64,000 nt of DNA from Candidatus Marinacidobacterales bacterium (GCA_965224085.1 CBDCYI010000009.1:128001-192000), one strand, 5' to 3'; numbered from the stretch's first letter, positions 37,321 to 47,672 are shown. The notes: generated by a model from the letters alone, not told the origin. Numbers and translations: made by a program.

Positions 37321-39004
37321 GTTCCTGTCCAGAAACACCATAACTTGTGGTGTACGAGAGGCCTATCGAAGATGTGGGTATTATACGTTTTCAGCCGGCA
37401 CCTCGTAGGCTCGGAAGCGAATGAAAATCTTGGACGAAACGAGAGGCGAATCGTCAGCAATCCATGGCTATAAACGCAGTAAGAGTAATCATTATTATCG
37501 TAATAGGTGCCTTGCCATTACCAACAGGTTGCAGGTGATGATGGAACTCCATACGTAGGATTTGAAAGAAGGCAATGAGCGCCATGTGCATCGGTCGAGA
37601 CCAAAGACTCGTTTCAAGAACGAAATGACGCCTTCGATTCCGCAGCGAAATCGCCGTAGGCGTTGATAGACCCAGGAACTCTTGACCATATCGGTCACCG
37701 CGAAGTGAGCCTTGGTAAAGGCAACATCTTCAACTCCCTTGCCTTTGATGGCTTCCAAGTTTGCCTTTGAAGAAAACGCGCCATCGTAGGCAACCTGGCG
37801 CGGGGCCCGTTCGTAGAGTTCGACTTGACGGTCGATCATGGTTTCCGCGAGAGTTGAATCGGACGGATTCCCATCCAAGATCACGCAATCCAAAATCATC
37901 GAGGACGAGCCACCAGTCAAACACACCTTGTGACCGTAGAGAGTCTCGCGCCGGTCTTTGCGAATAATGTCGGTGTGTTCTTCGAAGATCGAAACGACCT
38001 TTTCCTCCGCAGGCACACGCTCTTCATCAATCACTCTACGCCGAGTTTGGTTGATGACTTTTTCGGTGAGGACGAGAAAGTGCTTAAAATCCGCGGCGAT
38101 CTTCTCCGCACTCGCTCGCTTCACCGGCTCGGTCAAGCCGGACTCGTCCAACTGGTCTGCAACGCGTTGAGCGGAGCGATAGGTTTCTTCCGACACCTTC
38201 AGTAGATCTCGATAGACGCGACGCCTTTGTTCCTTATCCTTCGCGTTTAGAACTCCCAGTCGACGTCTCTTCGCTCGACGCGTTCGATTGCCGAAGACCA
38301 CTACTGTACCCAGCAGTTCGCGAGTTCGGCACATGAGGCGAGTGAGAACTCGGACGCAGTCATAAAGAAGCTCGGAGTCCGTAGGAGAATGAATATTCGA
38401 CTCCACTACCGTGCAGTCCACTCGTACTTTTCTTCCTTTTTCGATCGCGGTCTTCTCGGCAACACTCACCAACTCTCGGTTGATTTTCTCCAGCGTTTCG
38501 AACTTCACGGCTTTGATGTTTGCTGCTAGGGTCGACTTCGACGGGCTCGGCTCTATGATGCCGAGCTGGCAAAACGTCCGATAGCTTCGAGAGTCTGCCA
38601 AGTGAAACGCCAGCTCCCGATAGGTGAACTGATTCAGCTGCTTGACCAACAACGCCCGGAGAACCTGCTCCGCGCTCATTCCCCCACGACCAACATCGCT
38701 CCCTGCCGATGGGGTGACCGACCTCAGGTCTTGCAGTACCAGCTCATTGAGCTTAGGATGGGCATCGAGCAGCGATGATATCGTTTCGAGCTCGCGTGCG
38801 TGCTCCAGCTCCAGCCAGGGCTCGCGAAGGCTTGGTTGTGGGTTGATCGTTTTTCGCATTTAGGGCTGGTCTCCTTTGGAGTTAAGTCGTTTAGAATCTG
38901 CGTTTTTGTCGACTCGATACTAAACGACACTCCCTCAGAAGGCTAGCCCTAAATTTGCGATTACCCCTTTTTTCTCAACCTCTTACACCTGTCAGGACGG
39001 GTAC
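37321..39004 (-). mobile_element. ISNCY/IS5-like insertion sequence, 1684 bp
   Basis: Imperfect terminal inverted repeats GTTCCTGTCCAGAAA / GTACCCGTCCTGACA; TAGCTA direct repeat at 37315-37320 and 39005-39010. Confidence 0.85.
37495..38859 (-). CDS. DDE transposase (ISNCY family)
   Basis: GRGGMSAEQVLR, RVDCTV, YGHK, AYDGAF, RCGIEGVIS.LKR. Confidence 0.9.
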   Translation of the reverse strand: MRKTINPQPSLREPWLELEHARELETISSLLDAHPKLNELVLQDLRSVTPSAGSDVGRGGMSAEQVLRALLVKQLNQFTYRELAFHLADSRSYRTFCQLGIIEPSPSKSTLAANIKAVKFETLEKINRELVSVAEKTAIEKGRKVRVDCTVVESNIHSPTDSELLYDCVRVLTRLMCRTRELLGTVVVFGNRTRRAKRRRLGVLNAKDKEQRRRVYRDLLKVSEETYRSAQRVADQLDESGLTEPVKRASAEKIAADFKHFLVLTEKVINQTRRRVIDEERVPAEEKVVSIFEEHTDIIRKDRRETLYGHKVCLTGGSSSMILDCVILDGNPSDSTLAETMIDRQVELYERAPRQVAYDGAFSSKANLEAIKGKGVEDVAFTKAHFAVTDMVKSSWVYQRLRRFRCGIEGVISFLKRVFGLDRCTWRSLPSFKSYVWSSIITCNLLVMARHLLR

Positions 39005-39062
39005 TAGCTAGCGCCGTCTGGATCTCAGAGCGATTGATTGCGTTCTTGCACAAAGCGCTCGC

Positions 39063-41249
39063 TCATTGCGCCGAGGCGGCTTTGGCTTGTCGCCTTCGTG
39101 CGCCCAGCACAAACTCCGTGTAGCCGTTTGCCGTCCCGCGCCCCTTGAAGATCAAGTCGAGCGCGGCCTGAAACGCGACGCTGTCGTCGAAGCCGGGCGC
39201 CATGTTCTGGTAGCCTGGCTCAGCTGCGTTCTGCGCATCGACAACGGACGCCATCTTCTCGAACGTGGTTCTGATTCGCTTCTCCGTCACGACGCCGTGA
39301 TGGAGCCAGTTCGCAATGTGCTGGCTCGAGATCCGAAGCGTCGCGCGGTCTTCCATCAATCCGACGTCGTTGACGTCGGGCACCTTGGAGCACCCAACTC
39401 CCTGGTCGATCCAGCGCACTACGTAGCCGAGGACACCTTGAGCGTTGTTGTCGAGCTCGAGCTGAATCTCGTCGTCCGTCAGCTCTCGATCGAGTAGTGG
39501 AGGCGTCACGATATCATCGAGCCGACTTCGCTCTCGGGAGCTCAACTCCCGTTGGCGACCGCTCACGCGCACCTTGTGGTAGTGGATGGCGTGGAGCGTC
39601 GCGGCGGTGGGCGACGGCACCCACGCGGTACTCGCCCCCGCTCGAGGGTGGACTATCTTGGTGTCCAGCATTTCCTTCATCCGGTCCGGCATGGTCCACA
39701 TGCCTTTTCCGATCTGGGCGCGTCCAGGAAGGCCGGTCAAGAGGCCGATGTCGACGTTCCAATCTTCGTAAGCCCGCAAAAACTTGTGGCTCTTGATTTC
39801 GGCTTTCGGGAGCATCGGTCCGGACTCCATGCACGTGTGGATTTCGTCTCCGGTGCGATCGAGAAAGCCCGTGTTGATGAAGACGACGCGTTCGCGAGCG
39901 ACCCGGATCGCTTCTTTGAGGTTGACGGTCGTGCGGCGCTCCTCGTCCATGATGCCGATCTTTAGCGTGTTCTCGGGCAGCTCCAAAGCTTGTTCCACAC
40001 GGTGGAAGAGCTCGACCGTCGCTGCGACTTCCCCATCCCCATGTAGCTTTGGCTTGACGATATAGACGCTGCCGGTTTTGCTGTTCCGGTACTTTGCCGT
40101 GCCACTCAAATCATGAACGGCGGCGAGAGCGGTGACCATGGCATCCAGGAATCCCTCGGGAATACTATCGCCGTCATTGGTTTTAACCGCGTCGGTGTAC
40201 ATGTGGATACCCACGTTCCTGACCAAAAGCAGGCTCCGGCCGGGAAGCGTGAGCGACCCGCCGTCGGGAGCGACATACGTTCGGTCCGGCTCGAGGCGAC
40301 GAGTCAGCTGCCGTCCGCCTTTGTGGAAGGTTGCCTCGATGTCACCCTTCATAATGCCCGTCCAGTTTCGGTAGACGGTGGCCTTGTCCGCCGCGTCCAC
40401 CGCCGCCACGGAGTCCTCACAGTCCTGAATCGTCGTGATCGCCGCTTCGAGCACGACATCCTTCACCCCCGCCGGATGGTCGCGGCCGACGGGATGGCTG
40501 CGGTCCATCTGGATCTCGATGTGTAGCCCGTTGTTCTGGAGGAGTACGGCGACGAGCTCGCCGTCGCGCTCGTTATAGCCGACGAACTTTTCGGCATCGA
40601 CGAGGCCACTGCCGTGGCCGTCGTGGGTGGTCGCGACGAGCTTTTTTGACTCGCCTCGCTCCCTCACCGCGAAGGCCCGGACGTCCGAGTGGCGCGCGCC
40701 TTTCAGCCCGACGATCTCGTCGAGAAACGCCTCCACTTCGGCGACGACCAGTCGGCCGCGCCTAGGGTTATAGCTCTGGCCTTTTTCCGCGCCGCCGGTC
40801 TCGGGAATGACGTCGGTGCCATACAGCGCGTCGTAGAGGCTGCCCCAGCGGGCGTTCGCCGCATTCAGCGCGTATCGCGGGTTGTCCAGGGGTACGACGA
40901 GCTGTGGTCCGGCAACCTGGGCAATCTCGCGATCAACGTTTTCAGTCGTGACCCGAAAGTCCTCGCCTTCCTTCACGAGGTAGCCGATCTCCGTTAGGAA
41001 CGACCCGTATGCGCCCATGTCGATCGACCGCCCTCGGTGCTCCCGGTGCCAGGCGTCGACTCTTTTCTGTAGCTCATCACGTTCTTGCAAAAGCTCCCGG
41101 TTGCGGGGAGCGAGATCGTGGACGATTTCGCCGAGAGCGCTCCAGAACGCATCGGGATCGACTCCGGTGCCAGGCGCGATGTCCTTGCGCACGAGCTCTT
41201 CCAATGTCCGGTCGACGCTTAGGCCGCTGATTTCCACGTGCTCTGTCAC
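39063..41249 (-). CDS. glcB: Malate synthase G
   Basis: [53 protein letters not shown]; GTG start after the RBS. Confidence 0.96.
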   Translation of the reverse strand: MTEHVEISGLSVDRTLEELVRKDIAPGTGVDPDAFWSALGEIVHDLAPRNRELLQERDELQKRVDAWHREHRGRSIDMGAYGSFLTEIGYLVKEGEDFRVTTENVDREIAQVAGPQLVVPLDNPRYALNAANARWGSLYDALYGTDVIPETGGAEKGQSYNPRRGRLVVAEVEAFLDEIVGLKGARHSDVRAFAVRERGESKKLVATTHDGHGSGLVDAEKFVGYNERDGELVAVLLQNNGLHIEIQMDRSHPVGRDHPAGVKDVVLEAAITTIQDCEDSVAAVDAADKATVYRNWTGIMKGDIEATFHKGGRQLTRRLEPDRTYVAPDGGSLTLPGRSLLLVRNVGIHMYTDAVKTNDGDSIPEGFLDAMVTALAAVHDLSGTAKYRNSKTGSVYIVKPKLHGDGEVAATVELFHRVEQALELPENTLKIGIMDEERRTTVNLKEAIRVARERVVFINTGFLDRTGDEIHTCMESGPMLPKAEIKSHKFLRAYEDWNVDIGLLTGLPGRAQIGKGMWTMPDRMKEMLDTKIVHPRAGASTAWVPSPTAATLHAIHYHKVRVSGRQRELSSRERSRLDDIVTPPLLDRELTDDEIQLELDNNAQGVLGYVVRWIDQGVGCSKVPDVNDVGLMEDRATLRISSQHIANWLHHGVVTEKRIRTTFEKMASVVDAQNAAEPGYQNMAPGFDDSVAFQAALDLIFKGRGTANGYTEFVLGARRRQAKAASAQ

Positions 41250-41289
41250 GGTCGCTCCCTTTCCTGCGCTAGATGGCGTCTCAGCCGGG

Positions 41290-41600
41290 TTCACAAACGG
41301 TTCGGAGTCGAGCTCGACGATTCGGCCGGCTCGCACCGACACCGCCATGACGCGGCACGACGCGCACCGACGGGTCGCGCGCTTTCATGTAGCCGGCAAT
41401 CCCGGCGGCTAGGCCGCCTCCAACCATGGGGACGAAGACAACGTCAATCGGATTGCCCTTGCGCTCGATCTCGACGGCGATGGTGCCCTGGCCGCCGATG
41501 ACTTTCGAGTCGCTATAAGGTGACACGTAGGTCATGCTTTCGTTCGCAGCCGCCTTCTTCGTTTCGAGCTCGCCGATGACGGAATTTCCCCCTCCGCGGT
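41290..41600 (-). pseudogene. Threonine/serine dehydratase remnant
   Basis: VSPYSD..VIGGQGTIAVE, VGGGLAAGIA, then SVRAGRIVE in another frame. Confidence 0.75.
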
Positions 41601-41652
41601 CTGGACCCAAGCCGCGATCTCTTCATCGCGCACGCTCTCTATTCTAGTCGAA

Positions 41653-41937
41653 ATGGCGTCTCTCAAGGAGGAAGTCGACATGTCGAAAGCGATTCTCAAC
41701 GACCTGGGCCGAGTTCAAAGAAAAGGGGTCGCCGGAGTCGAGGCGATGTCGGTTGCCGACATTGCGCTCGAAAGCTTCGAGGGGAACGTCGCCGTTGCTG
41801 TCGAGCTTCCTGAGAAAAAAGCCGTTCGCGCACTGAAGAAGTTACCTTCGATTGGGGAGCCCGGCGCCGAGAAGTTCCTACTGGTCACTCGCGCCCGGTC
41901 AACGTCTTCGCCGGGGCTCGCTCCGGACCCCGCTTGA
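41653..41937 (+). pseudogene. Fragment with a helix-hairpin-helix motif
   Basis: ALKKLPSIGEPGAEKFLL. Confidence 0.4.
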
Positions 41938-42035
41938 ATCGATTCCTAATATTCTGTAGGGTCGCCGCACAAGCCGACGGCCGAGGTTACTCAATGCTTG
42001 AATGACCATCGGTGCCGTCTGCACGGAGGTGAGAA

Positions 42036-42824
42036 GTGAGAAAATTGTTCGTTCTCGTTCCCGCGCTGACACTAGCAACAACGACGAGCGTCCTCGCGCA
42101 GGCTCGGTTTCAGCAGACGGTCGAGGTCAAAGTGAAGCCCGGCCACGAGCGGGCGTACGAGAGCTACCTGAAGAAAGTCATCGAGGCCGCTGACAAGATC
42201 AAGAGCCCTCTCGGTTGGAATACCTTCTTCGTCGCCGTTGGAAAACAAAGTCCCACATACCGCGTCGCCCTTTCTTTTGACAAATGGGCCGACCGCGATC
42301 GATGGCCGAACGGTCCTCAGGAAATGCTGGCGAAAGCGTTCGGAGAGCAGGAAGCGAGCCGCATCGACCGGGAAGGCCGCCTCGGAATCGAAAGTGTGAT
42401 GATTCGCATCTGGGAGCGCCTACACGACGGATCGTCATTTCCCGGAACGGGGGACCGGTTAGCGAAGTTCTACGGCGTCACGATTCGCCACGTGAAGCCG
42501 GCGATGGTTCCGGAGTTTCGCTCGCTCCAGAGAAAGTTCAAGGGAGCGTACGAGGCGTCCCGCGAGAAAATGAGCGTGACGCGTTTCGTACTTCGCTTCG
42601 GAGAAGGGCAGGATTCCACGTTCCGCCTCACCGAGCCGTTCGACACGTGGGCGGAGATCGACGGCTGGCGTAATTCAGAGATCATTGGAGAGCACCTCGG
42701 CGAAGAGGAGATAGAGCTAGTCGGCCGTACGATGACCGCCGCCATATGGAAGCAGGAGCGCTTCGTCTCCGCCCACCGGCCGGGCCTGAGCCGCGCAGCA
42801 CCCGGAAGCACGACGAACGAATAG
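42036..42824 (+). CDS. Secreted hypothetical protein with two tandem NIPSNAP-like barrel repeats
   Basis: GGAGG RBS, signal peptide; VKPG..YE/FDKWADRD repeated as VKPA..FR/FDTWAEID. Confidence 0.7.
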   Translation: MRKLFVLVPALTLATTTSVLAQARFQQTVEVKVKPGHERAYESYLKKVIEAADKIKSPLGWNTFFVAVGKQSPTYRVALSFDKWADRDRWPNGPQEMLAKAFGEQEASRIDREGRLGIESVMIRIWERLHDGSSFPGTGDRLAKFYGVTIRHVKPAMVPEFRSLQRKFKGAYEASREKMSVTRFVLRFGEGQDSTFRLTEPFDTWAEIDGWRNSEIIGEHLGEEEIELVGRTMTAAIWKQERFVSAHRPGLSRAAPGSTTNE

Positions 42825-42863
42825 ATGATCCGACGCTTTACGAAAGGGAATTATAAGAAACGA

Positions 42864-42892
42864 TTGACAAGGCACCCGTGATCGTGTATTCT
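42864..42892 (+). promoter_or_regulatory. Sigma70 promoter of the IS1595 transposase, probably leaderless
   Basis: TTGACA-17 bp-TATTCT; ATG starts at 42899. Confidence 0.65.
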
Positions 42893-42898
42893 ACGATC

Positions 42899-43879
42899 AT
42901 GATGACGCGATACAACTCCCCAGGGCGAGGGCACCGGGAAGGCATAACCGTTGTTCAGCTCATGGACATGTTCCCGACCGATGAAGCGGCAACCAAATGG
43001 TTCGAGGCTGCAATCTGGCATGGCACTCGGTGCTGCGGACATTGCGGTAGCCTCAGCACCAGCGAAGTCCCGAACGAAAAGCCGATGCCCTACTGGTGCT
43101 CCACCTGCCGGAGCTACTTCAGCGTTCGCACGGGCACCCCTATTGCCCATTCTAAGATCGCGCTCCGCAAATGGGTTATCGCCATCTACCTCTGCTTGAC
43201 TAGTCTCAAAGGCGTCTCGAGCATGAAGCTCCACCGAGACATCGGCGTCTCACAGGCCGCGGCTTGGTTCATGCTCCATCGGATTCGAGAAGCGTGGAGC
43301 GGTCCTAACGGCAAATCGTTCGCCGGGCCTGTCGAGGTAGACGAAACCTTCTTCGGCGGGAAGGCTCGCAACATGCAGCACGCCCACAAGCGCGAGCAGG
43401 CTATTAAGGGCCGAGGATCCGCAGGGAAGACGGCCGTCATCGGCGCGAAGGACCGCCGGACGAACCGTGTCAGCGCCGAGGTCATCGGCAACACCGACCA
43501 ACCGACGCTCCAAGGCTTCGTCGCGAAGAATGTCGATCCTAGCGCGAAGCTCTACACCGACGACCACAGAGGCTATGTCGGTCTACCCAATCACGAGACG
43601 GTGAAGCACAGCGTCAAAGAGTACGTCAACGGAATGGCGCACACCAACGGGATTGAGAGCTTCTGGTCGATGCTCAAGCGGGCGCACAAGGGGACGTTCC
43701 ACAAGATGAGCCCCAAGCACTTACAACGCTACGTTAATGAGTTCGCTGAGAAGCACAACATCCGCGACCTAGGAACTCTCGACCAAATGCTCGACACCGT
43801 CGCTCGGCTTGTCGGACACCGACTTCTCTACCGTGACCTCGTCGCCAAGAACGGGCTCAGTTCGATGGCGAGGTCGTAA
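42899..43879 (+). CDS. IS1595 family transposase
   Basis: Zn ribbon, FSVRTGT, VEVDET, YTDD, HTNGIESFWS, HLQRYVNEF. Confidence 0.93.
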   Translation: MMTRYNSPGRGHREGITVVQLMDMFPTDEAATKWFEAAIWHGTRCCGHCGSLSTSEVPNEKPMPYWCSTCRSYFSVRTGTPIAHSKIALRKWVIAIYLCLTSLKGVSSMKLHRDIGVSQAAAWFMLHRIREAWSGPNGKSFAGPVEVDETFFGGKARNMQHAHKREQAIKGRGSAGKTAVIGAKDRRTNRVSAEVIGNTDQPTLQGFVAKNVDPSAKLYTDDHRGYVGLPNHETVKHSVKEYVNGMAHTNGIESFWSMLKRAHKGTFHKMSPKHLQRYVNEFAEKHNIRDLGTLDQMLDTVARLVGHRLLYRDLVAKNGLSSMARS

Positions 43880-43960
43880 GGGACTCAGCAACGCGCGGGC
43901 CAATCTCTCCGGCGTGGCGCCGGCCAGGTCGCGCTCGGGGATGATCATCGGTGGTCTCAT
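43769..43960 (-). CDS. Small hypothetical protein antisense to the transposase 3' end
   Basis: ATG overlaps the stop of the upstream ORF (ATGA); GATPERLARALL helix. Confidence 0.4.
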   Translation of the reverse strand: MRPPMIIPERDLAGATPERLARALLSPLRPRHRTEPVLGDEVTVEKSVSDKPSDGVEHLVESS

Positions 43961-44142
43961 AGCTTCACCTTGATGTTACCGACCCGGTCCTCTACGCGTT
44001 CGAGCCGCTTATCCATCTTCTCGGTCCTACGGCCAATGAGGTCTAGCTTCTGACCGAATACTCCAAAATTGTGCTCAAGGGTGCTGAACCGGTGACCCAT
44101 CGCGTCGAGCTTTGACGACAGCCCGTCGATTTTACCCGACAC
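43957..44142 (-). CDS. Small coiled-coil protein, probably 5'-truncated
   Basis: Heptad-like KIDGLSSKLD...RLERVEDRV. Confidence 0.4.
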   Translation of the reverse strand: MSGKIDGLSSKLDAMGHRFSTLEHNFGVFGQKLDLIGRRTEKMDKRLERVEDRVGNIKVKL

Positions 44143-44851
44143 TTTTTCGATGTCGTCAAAACTCGTGCTGCCTTGAAATCAAGGACTTACGCCCTTCTCG
44201 CACCCCTTGAGTTCCGGGGCGAAGAAGGTCAAACTCCGCCGCTTATGTGACGCGTTGCATTATGTGAAGTAGTCCTCCCATTGGTTGCAGAAGTCTTCGC
44301 TGACACACGACTTACAAAGAAGAGGGCTCACTTGTACTCCACATAAATTTAATCGAACTAAGCCGCTCGCGCGGCGGCGGGACCTGCAAGCTCTCCCGAA
44401 CTGGTGAGCCAAACTGGGGGCATTTTGCCTGCGCCTTTTTCGCCGCAGCCCATCGCCCTTCCAGGGAATCACGGCGCGCAGGTCGTGTCAAGGTTTCGCG
44501 CGCTTCGCGCGCCGGCTGCGCCGCCCTGGACACAACCTACGCGCCGTGATGCGAGTCACTATGGGCGATGGGCGGACGGGTGCCTCCGGCAGGGGCTCCG
44601 GACTCCGGGTTTTGCACGGCAAGCCAGCCGCGGTGAACTCACTCGCCTCTAACCCGTTTCCCTTGTTTTTCCGGGCCACGGGAGCCAGAAGGGATTAAGG
44701 AGGACGGCTTCGCCGTCGTCTTCATTCGTTCGATCTTCGCTCCGGACAACGAGTCCTGCGTTTCTCGGAACCGCTCTCTCACACATGGCATCATCCCTGT
44801 CCCCCGCGGGCGGCGATGGTCGTCGTCTGCTAAATCACTGGAGGAATAATC

Positions 44852-45712
44852 ATGGGATGCCTTAGCGAAAAAATGCTTGCCGACATGAAACTGAAGGGGT
44901 TCGCACGCTCCACGCAGGAGGAGTATCTGCTGCGAGCGCGCCATTTCGCGGCACATTACATGCGCTCACCCGCCGAGATGGGCGAGCCGGAGACCCGCGA
45001 TTATCTGATTCATCTCGTTAACGAGAAGAAGGCCTCTCCGGCCAGCCACCACATGTACGTCGCCTCTCTCAAGTTTCTCTACGCAACCACACTCAACCGC
45101 CCGGAGGAGGTGGCGAAGATTCCTTGGCCCAAGAAACCTCGCACGTTACCCGATATCTTGAGCGGCGAGGAGGTCGATTGTTTGCTTCACTCCGTTAACT
45201 CCGTCAAACACCGCGCGATTCTCATGAGCGCCTACGGCGCCGGGCTGCGCGTTTCCGAGGTGTGCTGTCTGAAGCACTCCGACATCGACTCCAAACGCAT
45301 GCTCTTGCACATTCGTCACGCCAAGAACTCCAAGGCCCGCTATGTCACGCTCAGCGAACGTTTGTTGAGCTTCCTGCGCTACTACTGGAAAACCACTCGC
45401 CCTCGCGGAGAGTACTTGTTTCCCGGCCGTAATCCTGGTGCCCACATCTCAGACGATGGCGTTCGCTGGGCTCTTCGTAAGGCCGTGGCTGAGGCGGGGC
45501 TCACCAAACGTATCACTCCTCATTCGCTGCGCCACGGTTTTGCCACACATATGCTCGAACTGGGTGAAGACATTCGTACCGTGCAGCAACTGCTCGGTCA
45601 TGCCTCCATCCAGACCACGGCCCGTTACACAAAGGTAACAGCAAAGCACTTGGGGCGCATCAAGAGCCCTCTCGATTTGCTGGGAACGAAGAAGGGCAAA
45701 AAGCTCGGCTAG
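44852..45712 (+). CDS. Tyrosine recombinase/integrase
   Basis: GGAGG RBS; N-terminal SAM-like domain, GLRVSE, HSLRH, LGH, TARY. Confidence 0.95.
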   Translation: MGCLSEKMLADMKLKGFARSTQEEYLLRARHFAAHYMRSPAEMGEPETRDYLIHLVNEKKASPASHHMYVASLKFLYATTLNRPEEVAKIPWPKKPRTLPDILSGEEVDCLLHSVNSVKHRAILMSAYGAGLRVSEVCCLKHSDIDSKRMLLHIRHAKNSKARYVTLSERLLSFLRYYWKTTRPRGEYLFPGRNPGAHISDDGVRWALRKAVAEAGLTKRITPHSLRHGFATHMLELGEDIRTVQQLLGHASIQTTARYTKVTAKHLGRIKSPLDLLGTKKGKKLG

Positions 45713-45718
45713 CTCATC

Positions 45719-46966
45719 ATGCAGCCCCATGGGCTGTGTCCTTCCCGCGTCGAGTCACCACCACGGCCACTGCTCGAGATCGCGGAAATCTTCCGCGAAC
45801 ATGGTCCACGCTTTCGCCAAACCCATGCGCTGACAGCCGAGCAGCGCAAGGTGATGTGGGCTATAGAGAACTGTCGCACGGCGGTGCTAGGTGGCCATCT
45901 CGACGTGTGTAACGCTTGCGGATACGCGGCGCCTTCGTTTAACTCGTGCCGCAATCGGCACTGTCCCAAGTGTCAGAGCCTAGCCCAGGCGAAGTGGATG
46001 GAGCAGCGAGCTCAGAGGATTCTTCCGACTCACTATTTCCACGTCGTTTTCACCCTCCCGCAGCAACTCAAGCCTCTCGCCCGAGACAATCCCAAGTTCA
46101 TGTTCAACCTCCTGTTTCGCGCCGCCTCGCGAACTCTATTGGAGTTCGGCCAAAGCCGGCTCGAAGCTCAACTTGCCTTCACCGCCGTACTGCACACCTG
46201 GACCCGGAAGCTCCTGTTCCATCCACACCTGCATTGCATCGTCTCCGGGGGCGGGCTCAACCACCCTCAGCAGCTGTGGAACGCCGCAAACCCTCGCTTT
46301 CTGTTTCCCGTCAAGGCCATGTCGCGGCTTTTTCGCAGCAAGTTTCTCGATGCCCTTAGGCTCGCTTACGACCAAGATGAGCTTGAGTTGAGCGCAAACG
46401 CTTCCCACCTCAGAAACCCACCTCGCTTCCGGGAGCTGAAAGACAAGCTCTACCGCATCGATTGGGTCGTTTACAGCAAACGACCCTTCGGTGGCCCAGA
46501 GCAGGTTTTCAACTACCTCGGCCGATATACCCACCGGGTCGGCATCTCCAACCGCCGACTCATTCGCATCGACCACTACGGCGTCTGCTTCGCCACCAAG
46601 AATGGTAATACCGTTACCGTCCCCCCAGAGGAATTTATCCGCCGTTTCCTCCTGCACGTACTGCCGAAAGGTTTCGTCAAGATTCGCCATTTCGGCTTAA
46701 TGGCCTCCTCCAATGCGACCACCAAGCTCGTAGTCGCGCGCCAGTTGCTCGATGAGAAAACAAAACCCACGACCGACGCCGACGACGTGCAAGTCAGCTC
46801 GCGTGCCACCGAGGACAAGGACTGGCGCGAGCGGCTCAAGGAGCTCACCGGCATCGACCTCACCATCTGTCCCCGCTGCAAGAAAGGTCGCATGCTCCGA
46901 TGCCCTCTCTCCACGAAGCTTCGACGGATCAACCTCCAGATCCGCTCCCCTCCAGATGAGTCATGA
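45719..46966 (+). CDS. IS91 family Y2 HUH transposase
   Basis: SCRNRHCPKC Zn domain, HVVFTLP, HPHLH, YLGRY, FLLHVLPKGF. Confidence 0.95.
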   Translation: MQPHGLCPSRVESPPRPLLEIAEIFREHGPRFRQTHALTAEQRKVMWAIENCRTAVLGGHLDVCNACGYAAPSFNSCRNRHCPKCQSLAQAKWMEQRAQRILPTHYFHVVFTLPQQLKPLARDNPKFMFNLLFRAASRTLLEFGQSRLEAQLAFTAVLHTWTRKLLFHPHLHCIVSGGGLNHPQQLWNAANPRFLFPVKAMSRLFRSKFLDALRLAYDQDELELSANASHLRNPPRFRELKDKLYRIDWVVYSKRPFGGPEQVFNYLGRYTHRVGISNRRLIRIDHYGVCFATKNGNTVTVPPEEFIRRFLLHVLPKGFVKIRHFGLMASSNATTKLVVARQLLDEKTKPTTDADDVQVSSRATEDKDWRERLKELTGIDLTICPRCKKGRMLRCPLSTKLRRINLQIRSPPDES

Positions 46967-47364
46967 TCACGATGCTTTCGCTCCGCCTCTCACAACGCCG
47001 ACCGGTCGTTGAAACGGACTCGTGTGTCTCGTCGCGAACTCATAACGCTACCGTGGTGGTTACCGCACCGGGTAGGCCCTTCTTCTATCTTCCCCGCCAT
47101 ATCTCTGTCGATTCGCAACTCCCTGACGTCCAACTCCGACTTCCTGTCCGACCGTCTTCTCACTCCAATTTATGCATAGTTGCCGCTAGCTGGGCGGCTT
47201 AGTTCAATTACGGTTTGCACGAATGCTCGCTCTACAAGCATCGTGCCTCGCGTAACGCCGTGCTTCGCTCGATTCCTGCAAACCGCTATTAATTCATGAC
47301 AGACCCATTCATGGCCTGGTTCAGGCCAAAGGGGGATTGTCATGGTCTTGGAAGATTTTTTTCG

Positions 47365-47650
47365 TCGCGCATCTTTGTTGGAGCGATCTACCTTGCCGCA
47401 TGGGATGTTCACCGCGCGAAAGTGTTTGGTCGTTACGAGCCGAAGACCACGATCGTCTCCTTCTACCGCTTCGTCGGGGAAGTCATGCGCCAAAAGCCCT
47501 ATCGCACCGCGAAGCGAGTTTTCCGGATCGTCGATAACGCTTCCATTCATCGCGGGCAAGCTTCTGTCGAGCGCTTCCGGCAGCAGTGGCCCAATTCCGA
47601 ACTCATTCATACCCCAACCCATGCCAGCTGGCTCAATCAAGTCGAGATCA
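47365..47650 (+). mobile_element. IS630 family transposase remnant
   Basis: YLAAWDV, IVDNASIH, TPTHASWLNQVEI; truncated on both sides. Confidence 0.8.
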
Positions 47651-47672
47651 CTGCAAATAACTGATTCCAAAT

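Larger units (their letters stand above)
44177..47290 (+). mobile_element. Tyrosine recombinase + IS91-type element (ends approximate)
   Basis: Two-gene unit; 17-bp inverted repeat at 44350-44366 / 47194-47210; terminal hairpin 47211-47285. Confidence 0.7.

Noticed and set aside
41249-41348. N-terminal extension of malate synthase in the ORF track
   Set aside because: It belongs to the dehydratase remnant; the RBS supports GTG at 41249.
41955-42020. Resemblance to the second stem of a c-di-GMP-I riboswitch
   Set aside because: The GGCAAAC/GAAA first hairpin is missing and pairing is poor; an Rfam scan would be needed.
44852-45712. Integron integrase or chromosomal XerC/D
   Set aside because: No IntI-specific insertion and no attC array seen; it is coupled to an IS91 transposase.
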